Sequence record: OZ035750.1
DNA: 64,000 nucleotides
Direction: 5' to 3' (one strand)
DNA from: Gamaleyavirus NAN33P5
The notes under the pieces: generated by a model
What the model was told of the DNA's origin: nothing
Seen by the model: the letters and a program-made list of their open reading frames with translations, nothing else
Database searches by the model: none
Part shown: piece after piece, positions 21,722 through 32,372 of the stretch
Layout: every line of letters starts with the position of its first letter
How positions within the stretch are numbered: position 1 is the first letter of the stretch
Position numbers and translations under genes: made by a program

Positions 21722-24700
21722 TTGAACAGGAAACATGCTATGTCAACATTTGACCGTCTGGCAGGTTTCGCAGACAGCATCACTAATGCTAAGCAAGTCG
21801 ATGTCTCTACTGCAACCTCTCAGAAGCAAGCTGCACAAGGGCAAAGCCCTTTCCAATTAACCCCAGAGAATGCTTACAATCTCCAGACTGGACGAGTAGG
21901 TAATCTTGGAATCGGTGCATTCGAACCAGGTTCACTTCAGGCAGATTTCACTCAAGCCTCTCCATTAGAAATTATTAATAAATACGGTAATGAGCAAGGT
22001 CTACAAATTCTTAATAGCCGAGCTAATGCTGCGGATGTTGTACGTCAGGACTTATCTAAACAACGTACTAACGCAGAAGCATTTGGCGATACTCTTTCTG
22101 GTGTTGGTCTTGGTGTTGCTAATACCCTTGGGGGCATTGCTGCTCTTGGCACAGGTCTGGTCAATGATAATGCCGGGGCATCCATTTCTTCCGGGATGGA
22201 TTGGCTGAATGAAGGTGTACACAATTTACAATCTGATGCACTGAATGCTACCCGTAAAGTTGTTCAGAATCAGAACCAGATTTCTGCTCAAAAGAACCAG
22301 AAACTCTATGAGCAAGACATCAAAAATGGGGAGAGCGATTTGGTTGCCTCCCTGTCTCGTATTGGACGTGATGCTTTCGATTCTGTTGCTAATACACTTG
22401 ATAATGGCATGGCTGCTTCAGATGGACTGAGTGAAGGTGTTGGTTCCCTCTTTACTGGTGGTCCACTTATCCGTGGTGTATCTGCACTCGGTAAAGTAAT
22501 GGTAGGTGGTGATAAAGCTGTTAAGGGTATTACCTTAGCTGCTGGGTTAGGTTCACGTCCTGCACAGGTTGCATTGTCTGCTGGTCGTGTTGCTGCACCT
22601 GCTATTGCAATTGGTGGCATGGAAGCTGGTGGTGCATACCAACAGACTGCTTCTGAAATCATGAAGATGTCCCAGCAAGAATTGGCAAGTAAGTCTCCTG
22701 TTTACCAACAACATATTGCTGATGGCTTATCTCCTGATGAAGCACGTCGTCAGACTGCATCTGAAACAGGTATCATTGCTGCTGGCTTAACTGCTCCAGT
22801 TGCTGCTGCTACCGGTCCACTGGTATCCAAGTTTGAACTTAATCCACTTAAGGTAGGCTCACTTGCAGGTGCTGGTTCTAATATGCTGCGTGAAACAGTT
22901 GAAGAAGGTATTCAGTCAGGCTTTGGTCAGTATGCCCAGAACCGTGCAATCAAGGAAAATGTTGATGCATTCCGTGACACTCTCAAAGGGGTCGGTGAGC
23001 AAGCAGGTCTTGGTGCACTTTATGGCTTCGGTAGTGCTGGGGTTGCTCAAGCTCCTGGTGCAACTGTTAAAGCAGTTGGTGCTTCTGCTGGTCCTGCTCT
23101 TCGTACTACTCTGGCTGGTGCTTCTCTGGTTGGTAAAACATTAGCAAAAGCTGCGTCCCCTCTTACTAACATCCTGGTTCAACGTGGTGAAGAAGTTGCT
23201 AAGCGTAATGAACAAGCATCTCCTGTAGCTGATGCTACGGTTAACGCTGCTGCACAGGAAGCTGCTGCTCAAGCAGAGCAGGCACAAGCAACTGTACAGG
23301 AAGCAGTAGATGCAATGGATATCACTCCAGAGGAGAAAGCTGCTGCTACCCAGTATGCTGCTGATTTAACTCAGGCAATGAAGTTTGACCCAGTAGAATT
23401 GGAGCAAGCTAACCCTGCAATCCGTGAAGCTGTTTCTGGTTCCACTAACCGTGTAGAAGCTATTCAGAAGATGGCTGACCTGGTTAATACTGCCGAAGAC
23501 CCTAACGTTCAAATGGAAGCTGCAATCCAGATGTATGACAATATCATGTCTATGGATAGCTTCATTAACCGTGACCCAGGTGCTCTGGCTAATCTGGAAC
23601 AGGGTTCCCCTGCTGCTGCAATCGTAGACCAGTTCTCTGGCCTGATGGCTAACGTGCAGAATACCCCTAAAGTACTCCGTGCATTCCGTGCTATCCATTC
23701 TATGATTCAGGAACAGGCTGAAGCAGGTAAACTGAAAGCCACTGAAGAAGCTAGCCAAGCCCAAGCAAACAACATTGCTATGGCTGCTGATGTATCTCCA
23801 GAAGTACTGGATGCAGATTCAGTAAACATGGTTCTGAAACATGCAAGTGAAGGTAAGATTACACTTGGGAATCGTCAACGTGCTGCCCTGCAATCTGCTG
23901 CTGCCTTGTTACAGGGTGCACGTGAGTTCGACGCTAAAGCAGAAGAACTGGGCTTACGTCCTCAAGACATTGTTAGTAAACAGATTAAAACCGATGAGTC
24001 TCGTTCTAACGAAGGACAGTACTCTGCGTTGCAACATGCGAAACGCATTCGTTCTGCGTATAACTCTGGTAACTTCGATTTGGCCTCCGCTTATCTGAGC
24101 GACTTTATGAAGTTCGCCCAGCACATGCAGAATAAGGTCGGAGCATTGAATGAGCATCTGATTTCTGGGAATGCGGATAAGAATAAGTCTGTTCATTATC
24201 AGGCTCTCTCGCCTTCCCGTGAATGGGTACGTAGTCGTACTGGCCTTGGTGTTAACCCTTACGATACCAAGTCTGTTAAGTTTGCCCAGCAAGTAGCACT
24301 GGAAGCTAAGACCGTAGCTGATATTGCTAATGCACTTGCTACGGCTTACCCGGAGCTTAGTGTTTCTCATGTGAAAGTTACCTCGTTAGATTCACGTCTG
24401 AACAAACCTGCTGCCCAGGTAGTTAAAGAGTTCCGTCAAGGTGGTCTTGATGCCACTCAGTCTCAACAGACTAATGAACCAGTGAATCAGGTTGATGAAT
24501 CTCCTGCACCAGTGCAAGAGGTCACTACTACTGTACAGCCTAAAGCTAAACCAGTGGTAGAAAATAAGACTGCTCCTATTAAGGAGACTAGTCCAAAAGC
24601 AGAAGAAGTCTCTACTACTAAGACTGAAACAGTAGATGTTACCCTCACTAATGAGGGTAACATCCAGGAAGTAGCTGTAACCAAAACAGAAATGGAAACA

Positions 24701-27700
24701 GTGTTCCCTGTCTATAACAATGAAAAGACACCGAACCAGTTCCTGAAATCGTTTTCCCTGCCGGAAGAACCTAAGTCCCGTACCATTGGTTCTGAATCTC
24801 CTTTGGCTGATATTAAGCAAGCACTGTCTTCTGCTGCTCGCTTTGAAGCATTCACTCAAAAAGAAAATAACGCTCTCACTAGTGATGTGATGAAACGTTA
24901 TCAGGACTTGATGGACTTTGGGGAAACTCTGAAGACTACTCTGTCTGAACGTCTGGCTAAGTTCCTTGCTAACAAAAATGTTGGTAAACGTTTTGCAGAA
25001 GGTACTGAGGCTAATCGTTGGGTAGGTGGCAAACTGCTGAATATCGTTGAACGAGATGGTGATACCTTTAAGTTCAACGACCAGTTGTTAGAGACTGCTG
25101 TACTTGCTGGTCTGCAATGGCGACTGACTGCTACACAGAATGCTGCCATTAAAGATATGAAAGATGTAGCTGCTATTACTGGCGTAGAAGCATCTCTGTT
25201 ACCAGAAGGTATTCTGGCTGAGTTTGAGAATGCCCAGACTCTGGTAGAAGCTACTAACTCACTGGCTCAGAAGATTGAATCCTACTGGGGTTTGAATCGC
25301 AATCCTAATGCACCACTGGGTTATACGAAAGGTATCCCAATGGCAATGGCTACAGAGATTCTGTCTTCCCTCATTGAGATGGGTGAAGTTAAAGAGTCTA
25401 TGCTGGATGTGTCTGAGATTGACCCGAACTCCAATAAGACTGTTGGTCTGTATACTATTGAGAAGCTGGATGACAATGATGCCATTAATAAATTCCCTAC
25501 TGCTATTGAGGAAGCTGTCCTATTAGAACCAGAAGAGAAAATGTACTTTGGTGATGACATTCCTTCCGTGGCCCAGACTCAGTTACGTAATCCTGCTGTT
25601 AAAAATACCCCTGAGCAGAAAGCTGCTCTGAAAGCTGAACAGGCTACTGAGTTCCGTGTACATATGCCGATGGTTAACTTCTATGAAGCATTAGGCCGTG
25701 ACAACATTCTGGAACTGATGGGTGCTGGTACTCTTAATCCTGACTTACTGAATGAGAACACTGCTAAATCTCTGGAAGGTAAAAACCTGTCCGTGTCTAT
25801 GGCATATGATTCTCTGTTCGGTGTAATTAATCAGATACGGGAACAAGAGAATGGATTGGATACGCCTATCCATTACGGTTACAACATGACCCGTGTAGGT
25901 CGTATGCAGATGCTTGGTAAGAACAACCCACAATCCAGTAAGCTGGTTCGTGAAGCAATTCTGCCGACCTTCTCTACTATCGACTTAAGTAATGAAAACA
26001 GCCAAGCGTACTCTGACTTCCAGCTAGGACTGGCTCAGGCATTGGGCATCAAGGTACATAACATGTCCCGTGAGGCTATGTCTGAAAAGCTGACCAAGGC
26101 TCTGGAAGGCAATCTGAAGCCAGCTGTTGATATGATGGTTGAGTTCGATAAGTCTGGTCACTTACCTGCCGATGCAGTAGATATTCTGAAGACCTCTCTG
26201 GGTGGTGACAAATCCTTTGTAGCTCTCATGGCTCTGATGGAATATGCCCGTTACCTGAACAGTGATGACCGTGCCAACTTTAATACCCCACTGTACGTTG
26301 AAGCTGATGGTGTAACCAACGGCCCAATCAATGCAATGGTATTAATGACTGGTGGTAAATTCACTCCAGACTGGATTAAGAATACTGCCAAAGGTGGTTT
26401 GTTCTTCGGCAAAGCTGGTAAGACTATGAACGAACATCGTTCACAGGATGATAGTGTTGACCTGTATGAAGCATCTACTAATGGTTTGCAACAAGCACTA
26501 AATGAGTTACGTACTACTTACCGTAACAACGTTCCTGTTATGAGCCAGATGAATCATCTCCAGAAGTTAATGGACCTGTTCATTAAAGACTTTAACCTGA
26601 ATGAAGACGGTACTCTGGACCTGAAACGTGGTATCGCTAAAAACCCACTGACCATTACCATCTATGGTTCTGGTGCTCGTGGTATTGCTGGCAAGATGGT
26701 TAGTGCAATTACTGACACCATCTACGAACGCCTCAGTGACGTTTTGCAAGCACGTGCTGCTGACCCTAGCATTTCCCCAGCTATGGCAATGTTTGGTAAG
26801 GAGGCTGCGTCTGAGGCTGATGCTCAGGCTATGCTGGATACTTTCCTTACTTCTATGGAAGCACTGACTGGTAATGTTCCAGTTATGCGTAAGGGTGAGT
26901 TATCTATTCAACAAGTAGAGGGTGCACTGACTGGTAAGTTAAACCCTCAGAAATTTACAGTATCCGGTAATGCCCTGAAGAATTTACAGGAGAACATGCT
27001 CCACCTGTTCGTTGAACCAATGCGTACTGGTATCCGTAATACTGTTGGTGAAGGTCTGATGCACTCTACTGAGAACTTGCAGAAGGCTACCCAGATTCAG
27101 TCTCTGGTATTGCAGGATATGTTCCAGCAAGCAGTACAGGCTAAACTAGCAGAAAAAGAAAAAGACTCAACCTGGAAGAAGGGTGATTTCTTAACGCAGA
27201 AAGAACTGAATGAAATCCAGGAATCATTATCCCCGCTGGCTCCAATGATTGAGACTGGCTCACAGACTTTCTACATTGCTGGTAGTGAGAATACTGATGT
27301 TGCTAACCAAGTACTGGCTACCAACTTAGATGACCGTATGCGTGTGCCAATGAGTATCTATGCTCCTTCGCAGGCAGGTGTTGCAGGTATTCCGTTTATG
27401 ACCATTGGTACTGGTGATGGCATGATGATGCAGACCCTTTCTACTATGAAAGGTGCTCCGAAGAATACCCTGAAAATCTTTGATGGTATGAACATTGGTA
27501 TCAATGACATCACTGATGCGAGTCGTAAAGCGAATGAGGCTGTATACACATCCTGGCAGGGGAACCCTATCAAGAATGTTTATGACTCCTACGCTAAGTT
27601 CATGAAGAATGTAGATTTCAGCAAACTGTCTGATGAAACCAAACAGGCTATCGCTAAATCTGCTCTGGAATATGACCAGCGTGAAGGTGCTACCGATGAC

Positions 27701-30700
27701 CTGTTACGTGCGGGTGCTGAACAGATTGAACGTAACCTGCGTAACATTGCCCTGGGTGTAGATATTCGCCACAAAGTAATGGACCAGGTGCAGACCACTG
27801 TTGATCAGATGGCTGCTGTGGGTGCTCCTTATGTGAACAACGGTAAAATCTCTCTTGAAGGTCTTACTGTAGACCAGCAAGTAGCCAAACTGAACGAACT
27901 GTTTGATGCTGAATTAAACAAGCGTCGTGATGCAGTACGTGCTGCTAAAGCAGAACCAGTGAAAGAAGTACCGGCAATGGAACAGGTTGGTCGTGTTCTT
28001 AAGTCTGGTGTACGTCTGCTGTCCAATACTGCTATTGCTAAGCTGGCTAAAGAGATGTCTCCTGAACAGCAAGCAGTATTGAAAGAAGTACAGAAATCCC
28101 TTGCTGCCAAAGACTATAAGGTTGTTTACGGTACTCCTGCTCAACTGGATGCTTACGCTATTGAGAAGAACATTACTCGCCCAGCACCAGAAGATATTGA
28201 AGCTGCCGAAGCTGGTAATGCATACGGCTGGACTAACTTTGATGATAAGACCATCTACTTGGTTACCCCTTCCTTAGAGACTCTGGTTCATGAATTAGTA
28301 CATGCTTCTACTTTTGAATCTGTACTGGCTCATTATGAGGGTACTCCTAACGAAGCAGTCCAGAATATTGAAGACCTGATGAATCAGTTCCGTACTTTGG
28401 ATGTTAAGAACGAATCCACGGTAGTACGTGAAGCATATGCTGATGCTCTCAATACCATTAATGGTCACTTGTCTAATGGCTTTATTGAACCAGCAATGGC
28501 TAAAGCTGCTGCACTGAATGAGTACATGGCATGGGGCTTAACTAACCGTGAGCTGATTAGTAAGCAGAAGAAGACCACTGCACTGAAAGCTATGGTTCAG
28601 TCTGTATATGAAGCAATCAAACGTCTGGTATTCGGTCGTAAGAAAGCTCCTGCTAATGCAGATGATATGTTCTCAGGCTTATTGTTTAACTCATCTGTAG
28701 TTATGCGTGGACAGGCTCCTACGGCTGTTGTATCCAAGGACACTACCTTGTTCCATAACAAAGCGTATGGTGACAATACCCGTCTGGAAGAGTTAGGACA
28801 GACCTTTGATAAGCTGATTACTAACTACATTGGTTCAGAACCAGTACAGCAAGTAATTCGTAAAGGTAAGTTTTCTGATGCAGTAGTGAATGCAACTAAA
28901 GTAACCCGCGATGTTCAGGCTCATGGCTTCACTATGAATATGCAGGAACAGCGTCTGTTCACTAATATCGTTGCTGCTTTGGCTACTGAAGCTGCTATTA
29001 GTCCTGCTGCTCTTTCTCGTGCACAGGAATATTATGCACACGTTACCAAGAACCTGACTGTTGAAGCATTCATGGCTGACCCAGATAGTACTGACCCTGC
29101 TGACCGTTACTATGCTCAGCAGAAGTTTGATACCATCATGGGTGCTAACAATATTGAGTTTGATGCACAGGGACGTTCTTCCTTACTGCCTACCTTTGTT
29201 GGTCTGGCAATGGTAAGCGAAGAAGTACGTAATGTACTGGCTAACATTCCTGTTATGAAAGCAGATAAGAAATCTGGTAATACCGTTGATGCAATGCTGA
29301 CTAACATTGGTACTGCTGCAATGTCCAGCCTGAATGCTCGTGTAGCAGGTGATACCAAAGCTACCAACGTGCAGGACGGTATGGATGCACTGGCTCAGAC
29401 AATCATGCAGACTAGCCTTAATGCACAGTCATTCTATGATTCCGTTGCTACTCCTAGTGGTAATGCTATTGACCGTGCTAACCAGTATCTGGTGGATTCT
29501 ATCGATGCACTGTCTACTCGTGCTTTAGAAAGTGCTCGTGAAGTTGCAGCCAATACCAAGAACCCGTTGGTCAAAGGTGCTGCTCATGCTGCACAACTGG
29601 TAGCTGCCATTGCTACAGAGAAGAACGGTGCAATCGTGGCAGAAGGTGTTATGGCTGCAATGAACCAGGGTAAAGTATGGCCACCCTTCCATGACTTAGT
29701 TAATGACTTAACCGGTCGTACTAAGAGCAATGCTTCTGTATACGATTTGATTAAAGCAGTTCGTGCACAGGTACAAGCAGACCGACAGCAATTCCGTGAA
29801 CGCCTGCCTACCACTATTGCATCTAAGTTCAGCCGTAAGCTGACTAATGATGAGTGGAAAGCAATGCACACTGGTATGGGTAAAACTGATTTAGCTGTCC
29901 TGCGTGACACCATGTCTCTGGCTGAAATCCGTGACCTGCTGTCTGACCAGAAGATTGTTGACCGTGAAGTGAATAAGCTGGAAGCAGATTTGCAGAAGCA
30001 AGCTGGTCGTAACTGGCCTCTTATTAGTCGTAAATCTAAGCAACTGGCTCAGTACATGATTAACGGTACAGTCGGTAATAACCTGCTGCGTAATGCTACT
30101 GCAATCTCCCGTATGCTGGGTGAACGACAGGCTGCTCGTTCTACTGTAGATGTAGCTCAGCTGGATAAACTGATTACCCTGTATGCACTGGAAGCAATGA
30201 ATAAGACTGATCGTGAGATGTTATCTTCACTGGCTCAGACAGAAGTTGATGGAATGGACTTTGCTACTTCTTATCTGGTTGGTCAGCGTAAAGATGAAAT
30301 GGCTAAAGCCAAGTCTGACCCACGTGCAACTCTGAACCAGTACAAAGGGCATATCCCTAGTGAGACTAAACAGGGTGTTAATCTGATTGTTGCTGAAGAT
30401 AGCCAGTTTGCTGATTTAATTGAGAAGTCTTATGTACGTCTTGGTACTTATCAAGGTAGCTCTGCCAACCGTGGTCCAGCACGTAGCTATTACTTTGCTC
30501 CAGTACAGGCACAGGCTCCCTTCTCACAGGGTATCCTACAGAACGTTCGTGATACTGCTGGTGGTGTAGACCTCGGCACAGGATTTACGATGGGTTCAAT
30601 GGTAGCTGGTCGTATTACTGACAAGCCTTCCGTAGACCGTATTACTAAAGCACTGGCTCGTGGTGAACGTGGCAATGAACCATTGCTGCCTGTATATGAC

Positions 30701-32092
30701 GATAAAGGTAATGTAGTTGCTTATGAGCAATCCATTGACCCTAACATGCTGAAGCATATTGAAGGTGAGAACCACCTTGCCCGTGCAATTGGTGTATGGC
30801 GTGGTCGCCAAGTGGAAGAGGCTAAGGCTCAGCGTTTTAACGATATGCTGATTGAGAACCTGCACAGCATGTATGAGAACGACATTAAGATGTCTGCCTC
30901 TAATAAGTCCCAGTACGTTAACCTTCTTGGTTCTAAACTGGACCCAGTAACTGCTGATGCTCTCAAGCTGATGAACAGTGAAACTCGACGGAAAGCAGAA
31001 AGCCTGTTTGGTGATGGCGAACTGTGGGTGCGTCGTGACATGCTGAATGATGCACTTGGTTATCGTGCAGCTTCTGTTGGTGATGCCTGGTCTGGTAATT
31101 CTCGTTGGTCCCCGGAAACCCTGGATACCTTCAAGAAAGCTATGCTGGGTGTATTTGGCAACCGTGCTTATAAGTACACAATAGGTGGTGAGAACCTGGT
31201 TCAGAACTTAGTTAAAGAAGCCAAGACTCTGATTGTAGTTAAGTCAGTAGTCGTACCTGCTGTTAACTTCTTGGCTAACCTTTACCAGATGGTTGCTCGT
31301 GGTGTACCGGTTAAGAACATTGCTAAAAGCATTCCACAGAAAACTGCTGAGATTAACCAGTACCTGAAATCTCGTTTGCGTCAGGTAGATGCAGAAGCAG
31401 AATTACGTGCAGCTACTAACCCGAACCAGATTCGTAAACTTAAGGCTGAGATTCAGTCTATCACTGATAGCCATAAGCGTATGAGTATCTGGCCTCTGTT
31501 AGAAGCTGGTGAGTTCTCTTCAATTGCAGATGCTGGTATCGGTCGTGATGACATTCTGATCACTGAAGGCAAACTTCACGAATACATGGAAAAGCTGGCT
31601 GATAAGTTACCTAAGTCAGTACGTACTGCTGGTCGTTATGCACTTATCACTAAGGATACTGCTTTGTTCCAGGGTATTCAGAAGACGGTTGAGTACTCTG
31701 ACTTTATTGCTAAAGCAATCATCTATGATGAATTGACCCAGCGTAAAGGTAAGACTCGTGAAGAAGCACTAGGACGTGTGACGGAAGAGTTCGTGAACTA
31801 TGACCGTTTACCGGGTCGCTTCCGTGGGTATATGGAAAGTGTTGGTTTAATATGGTTCTACAACTTTAAGATTCGTTCTGCAAAAGTTGCAGTGTCCATG
31901 ATTCGTAACAACCCAGTACATGCAGCAATGGCGATGTTGGCTCCAACTCCTACCATGTTTGGTAATGTTGGCTTACCTATTCAGGACAACATCTTTAGCA
32001 TTGCTGCTAAGGGTGGACTGGATTACTCATGGGGCTTCGGTCAAGGGCTTCGTGCTCACAACCTGAACCCTTGGATGAACTTAGTAAACTAA
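21722..32092 (+). CDS. virion-encapsidated RNA polymerase (giant vRNAP, N4 gp50-like)
   Basis: Single 3456-aa ORF, hallmark size and position for N4-like phages; central region has single-subunit RNAP-like acidic motifs ('YVEADGVTNGP', 'KIFDGMNIG'). Confidence 0.85.
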   Translation: MNRKHAMSTFDRLAGFADSITNAKQVDVSTATSQKQAAQGQSPFQLTPENAYNLQTGRVGNLGIGAFEPGSLQADFTQASPLEIINKYGNEQGLQILNSRANAADVVRQDLSKQRTNAEAFGDTLSGVGLGVANTLGGIAALGTGLVNDNAGASISSGMDWLNEGVHNLQSDALNATRKVVQNQNQISAQKNQKLYEQDIKNGESDLVASLSRIGRDAFDSVANTLDNGMAASDGLSEGVGSLFTGGPLIRGVSALGKVMVGGDKAVKGITLAAGLGSRPAQVALSAGRVAAPAIAIGGMEAGGAYQQTASEIMKMSQQELASKSPVYQQHIADGLSPDEARRQTASETGIIAAGLTAPVAAATGPLVSKFELNPLKVGSLAGAGSNMLRETVEEGIQSGFGQYAQNRAIKENVDAFRDTLKGVGEQAGLGALYGFGSAGVAQAPGATVKAVGASAGPALRTTLAGASLVGKTLAKAASPLTNILVQRGEEVAKRNEQASPVADATVNAAAQEAAAQAEQAQATVQEAVDAMDITPEEKAAATQYAADLTQAMKFDPVELEQANPAIREAVSGSTNRVEAIQKMADLVNTAEDPNVQMEAAIQMYDNIMSMDSFINRDPGALANLEQGSPAAAIVDQFSGLMANVQNTPKVLRAFRAIHSMIQEQAEAGKLKATEEASQAQANNIAMAADVSPEVLDADSVNMVLKHASEGKITLGNRQRAALQSAAALLQGAREFDAKAEELGLRPQDIVSKQIKTDESRSNEGQYSALQHAKRIRSAYNSGNFDLASAYLSDFMKFAQHMQNKVGALNEHLISGNADKNKSVHYQALSPSREWVRSRTGLGVNPYDTKSVKFAQQVALEAKTVADIANALATAYPELSVSHVKVTSLDSRLNKPAAQVVKEFRQGGLDATQSQQTNEPVNQVDESPAPVQEVTTTVQPKAKPVVENKTAPIKETSPKAEEVSTTKTETVDVTLTNEGNIQEVAVTKTEMETVFPVYNNEKTPNQFLKSFSLPEEPKSRTIGSESPLADIKQALSSAARFEAFTQKENNALTSDVMKRYQDLMDFGETLKTTLSERLAKFLANKNVGKRFAEGTEANRWVGGKLLNIVERDGDTFKFNDQLLETAVLAGLQWRLTATQNAAIKDMKDVAAITGVEASLLPEGILAEFENAQTLVEATNSLAQKIESYWGLNRNPNAPLGYTKGIPMAMATEILSSLIEMGEVKESMLDVSEIDPNSNKTVGLYTIEKLDDNDAINKFPTAIEEAVLLEPEEKMYFGDDIPSVAQTQLRNPAVKNTPEQKAALKAEQATEFRVHMPMVNFYEALGRDNILELMGAGTLNPDLLNENTAKSLEGKNLSVSMAYDSLFGVINQIREQENGLDTPIHYGYNMTRVGRMQMLGKNNPQSSKLVREAILPTFSTIDLSNENSQAYSDFQLGLAQALGIKVHNMSREAMSEKLTKALEGNLKPAVDMMVEFDKSGHLPADAVDILKTSLGGDKSFVALMALMEYARYLNSDDRANFNTPLYVEADGVTNGPINAMVLMTGGKFTPDWIKNTAKGGLFFGKAGKTMNEHRSQDDSVDLYEASTNGLQQALNELRTTYRNNVPVMSQMNHLQKLMDLFIKDFNLNEDGTLDLKRGIAKNPLTITIYGSGARGIAGKMVSAITDTIYERLSDVLQARAADPSISPAMAMFGKEAASEADAQAMLDTFLTSMEALTGNVPVMRKGELSIQQVEGALTGKLNPQKFTVSGNALKNLQENMLHLFVEPMRTGIRNTVGEGLMHSTENLQKATQIQSLVLQDMFQQAVQAKLAEKEKDSTWKKGDFLTQKELNEIQESLSPLAPMIETGSQTFYIAGSENTDVANQVLATNLDDRMRVPMSIYAPSQAGVAGIPFMTIGTGDGMMMQTLSTMKGAPKNTLKIFDGMNIGINDITDASRKANEAVYTSWQGNPIKNVYDSYAKFMKNVDFSKLSDETKQAIAKSALEYDQREGATDDLLRAGAEQIERNLRNIALGVDIRHKVMDQVQTTVDQMAAVGAPYVNNGKISLEGLTVDQQVAKLNELFDAELNKRRDAVRAAKAEPVKEVPAMEQVGRVLKSGVRLLSNTAIAKLAKEMSPEQQAVLKEVQKSLAAKDYKVVYGTPAQLDAYAIEKNITRPAPEDIEAAEAGNAYGWTNFDDKTIYLVTPSLETLVHELVHASTFESVLAHYEGTPNEAVQNIEDLMNQFRTLDVKNESTVVREAYADALNTINGHLSNGFIEPAMAKAAALNEYMAWGLTNRELISKQKKTTALKAMVQSVYEAIKRLVFGRKKAPANADDMFSGLLFNSSVVMRGQAPTAVVSKDTTLFHNKAYGDNTRLEELGQTFDKLITNYIGSEPVQQVIRKGKFSDAVVNATKVTRDVQAHGFTMNMQEQRLFTNIVAALATEAAISPAALSRAQEYYAHVTKNLTVEAFMADPDSTDPADRYYAQQKFDTIMGANNIEFDAQGRSSLLPTFVGLAMVSEEVRNVLANIPVMKADKKSGNTVDAMLTNIGTAAMSSLNARVAGDTKATNVQDGMDALAQTIMQTSLNAQSFYDSVATPSGNAIDRANQYLVDSIDALSTRALESAREVAANTKNPLVKGAAHAAQLVAAIATEKNGAIVAEGVMAAMNQGKVWPPFHDLVNDLTGRTKSNASVYDLIKAVRAQVQADRQQFRERLPTTIASKFSRKLTNDEWKAMHTGMGKTDLAVLRDTMSLAEIRDLLSDQKIVDREVNKLEADLQKQAGRNWPLISRKSKQLAQYMINGTVGNNLLRNATAISRMLGERQAARSTVDVAQLDKLITLYALEAMNKTDREMLSSLAQTEVDGMDFATSYLVGQRKDEMAKAKSDPRATLNQYKGHIPSETKQGVNLIVAEDSQFADLIEKSYVRLGTYQGSSANRGPARSYYFAPVQAQAPFSQGILQNVRDTAGGVDLGTGFTMGSMVAGRITDKPSVDRITKALARGERGNEPLLPVYDDKGNVVAYEQSIDPNMLKHIEGENHLARAIGVWRGRQVEEAKAQRFNDMLIENLHSMYENDIKMSASNKSQYVNLLGSKLDPVTADALKLMNSETRRKAESLFGDGELWVRRDMLNDALGYRAASVGDAWSGNSRWSPETLDTFKKAMLGVFGNRAYKYTIGGENLVQNLVKEAKTLIVVKSVVVPAVNFLANLYQMVARGVPVKNIAKSIPQKTAEINQYLKSRLRQVDAEAELRAATNPNQIRKLKAEIQSITDSHKRMSIWPLLEAGEFSSIADAGIGRDDILITEGKLHEYMEKLADKLPKSVRTAGRYALITKDTALFQGIQKTVEYSDFIAKAIIYDELTQRKGKTREEALGRVTEEFVNYDRLPGRFRGYMESVGLIWFYNFKIRSAKVAVSMIRNNPVHAAMAMLAPTPTMFGNVGLPIQDNIFSIAAKGGLDYSWGFGQGLRAHNLNPWMNLVN

Positions 32093-32128
32093 AATAAAAA
32101 AGCCCCTCATAGAGGGGCTTTGCTTTTA
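32093..32128. terminator. bidirectional terminator between convergent late (+) and minus-strand genes
   Basis: agcccctc-atag-aggggct hairpin flanked by A-rich (upstream) and T-rich (downstream) tracts. Confidence 0.75.
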
Positions 32129-32132
32129 GAAG

Positions 32133-32363
32133 TTAGGGTGTTTTCCACATTTTAGGCTTACGCCCTTCGCTTGGAAATTTACCAGTCTCTTTAATCTTCC
32201 GTAATGTTTCTTCTCCCGGGAACCACAGGAAAGAGAAGTAGAGTTTCTTAGCTACGTAACGAGTTACTCCCAGCTTCTCTGCGATTTCATCGAATGAGTA
32301 TGTACGGACGGTATTGTTGAGAATGGCCTCACGAACAACAGAGGTAATAGATACTTGCGTCAT
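32133..32363 (-). CDS. small hypothetical protein, possible HTH
   Basis: 76 aa; 'SFDEIAEKLGVTRYVAKKL' helix-turn-helix-like segment. Confidence 0.3.
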   Translation of the reverse strand: MTQVSITSVVREAILNNTVRTYSFDEIAEKLGVTRYVAKKLYFSFLWFPGEETLRKIKETGKFPSEGRKPKMWKTP

Positions 32364-32372
32364 AATAGTTTC

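Noticed and set aside
21990-31041. Dozens of 60-150-aa ORFs in alternative frames or antisense inside the vRNAP gene
   Set aside because: All nested within one continuous 3456-aa ORF; no independent start contexts or motifs; expected by chance in a 10-kb gene.
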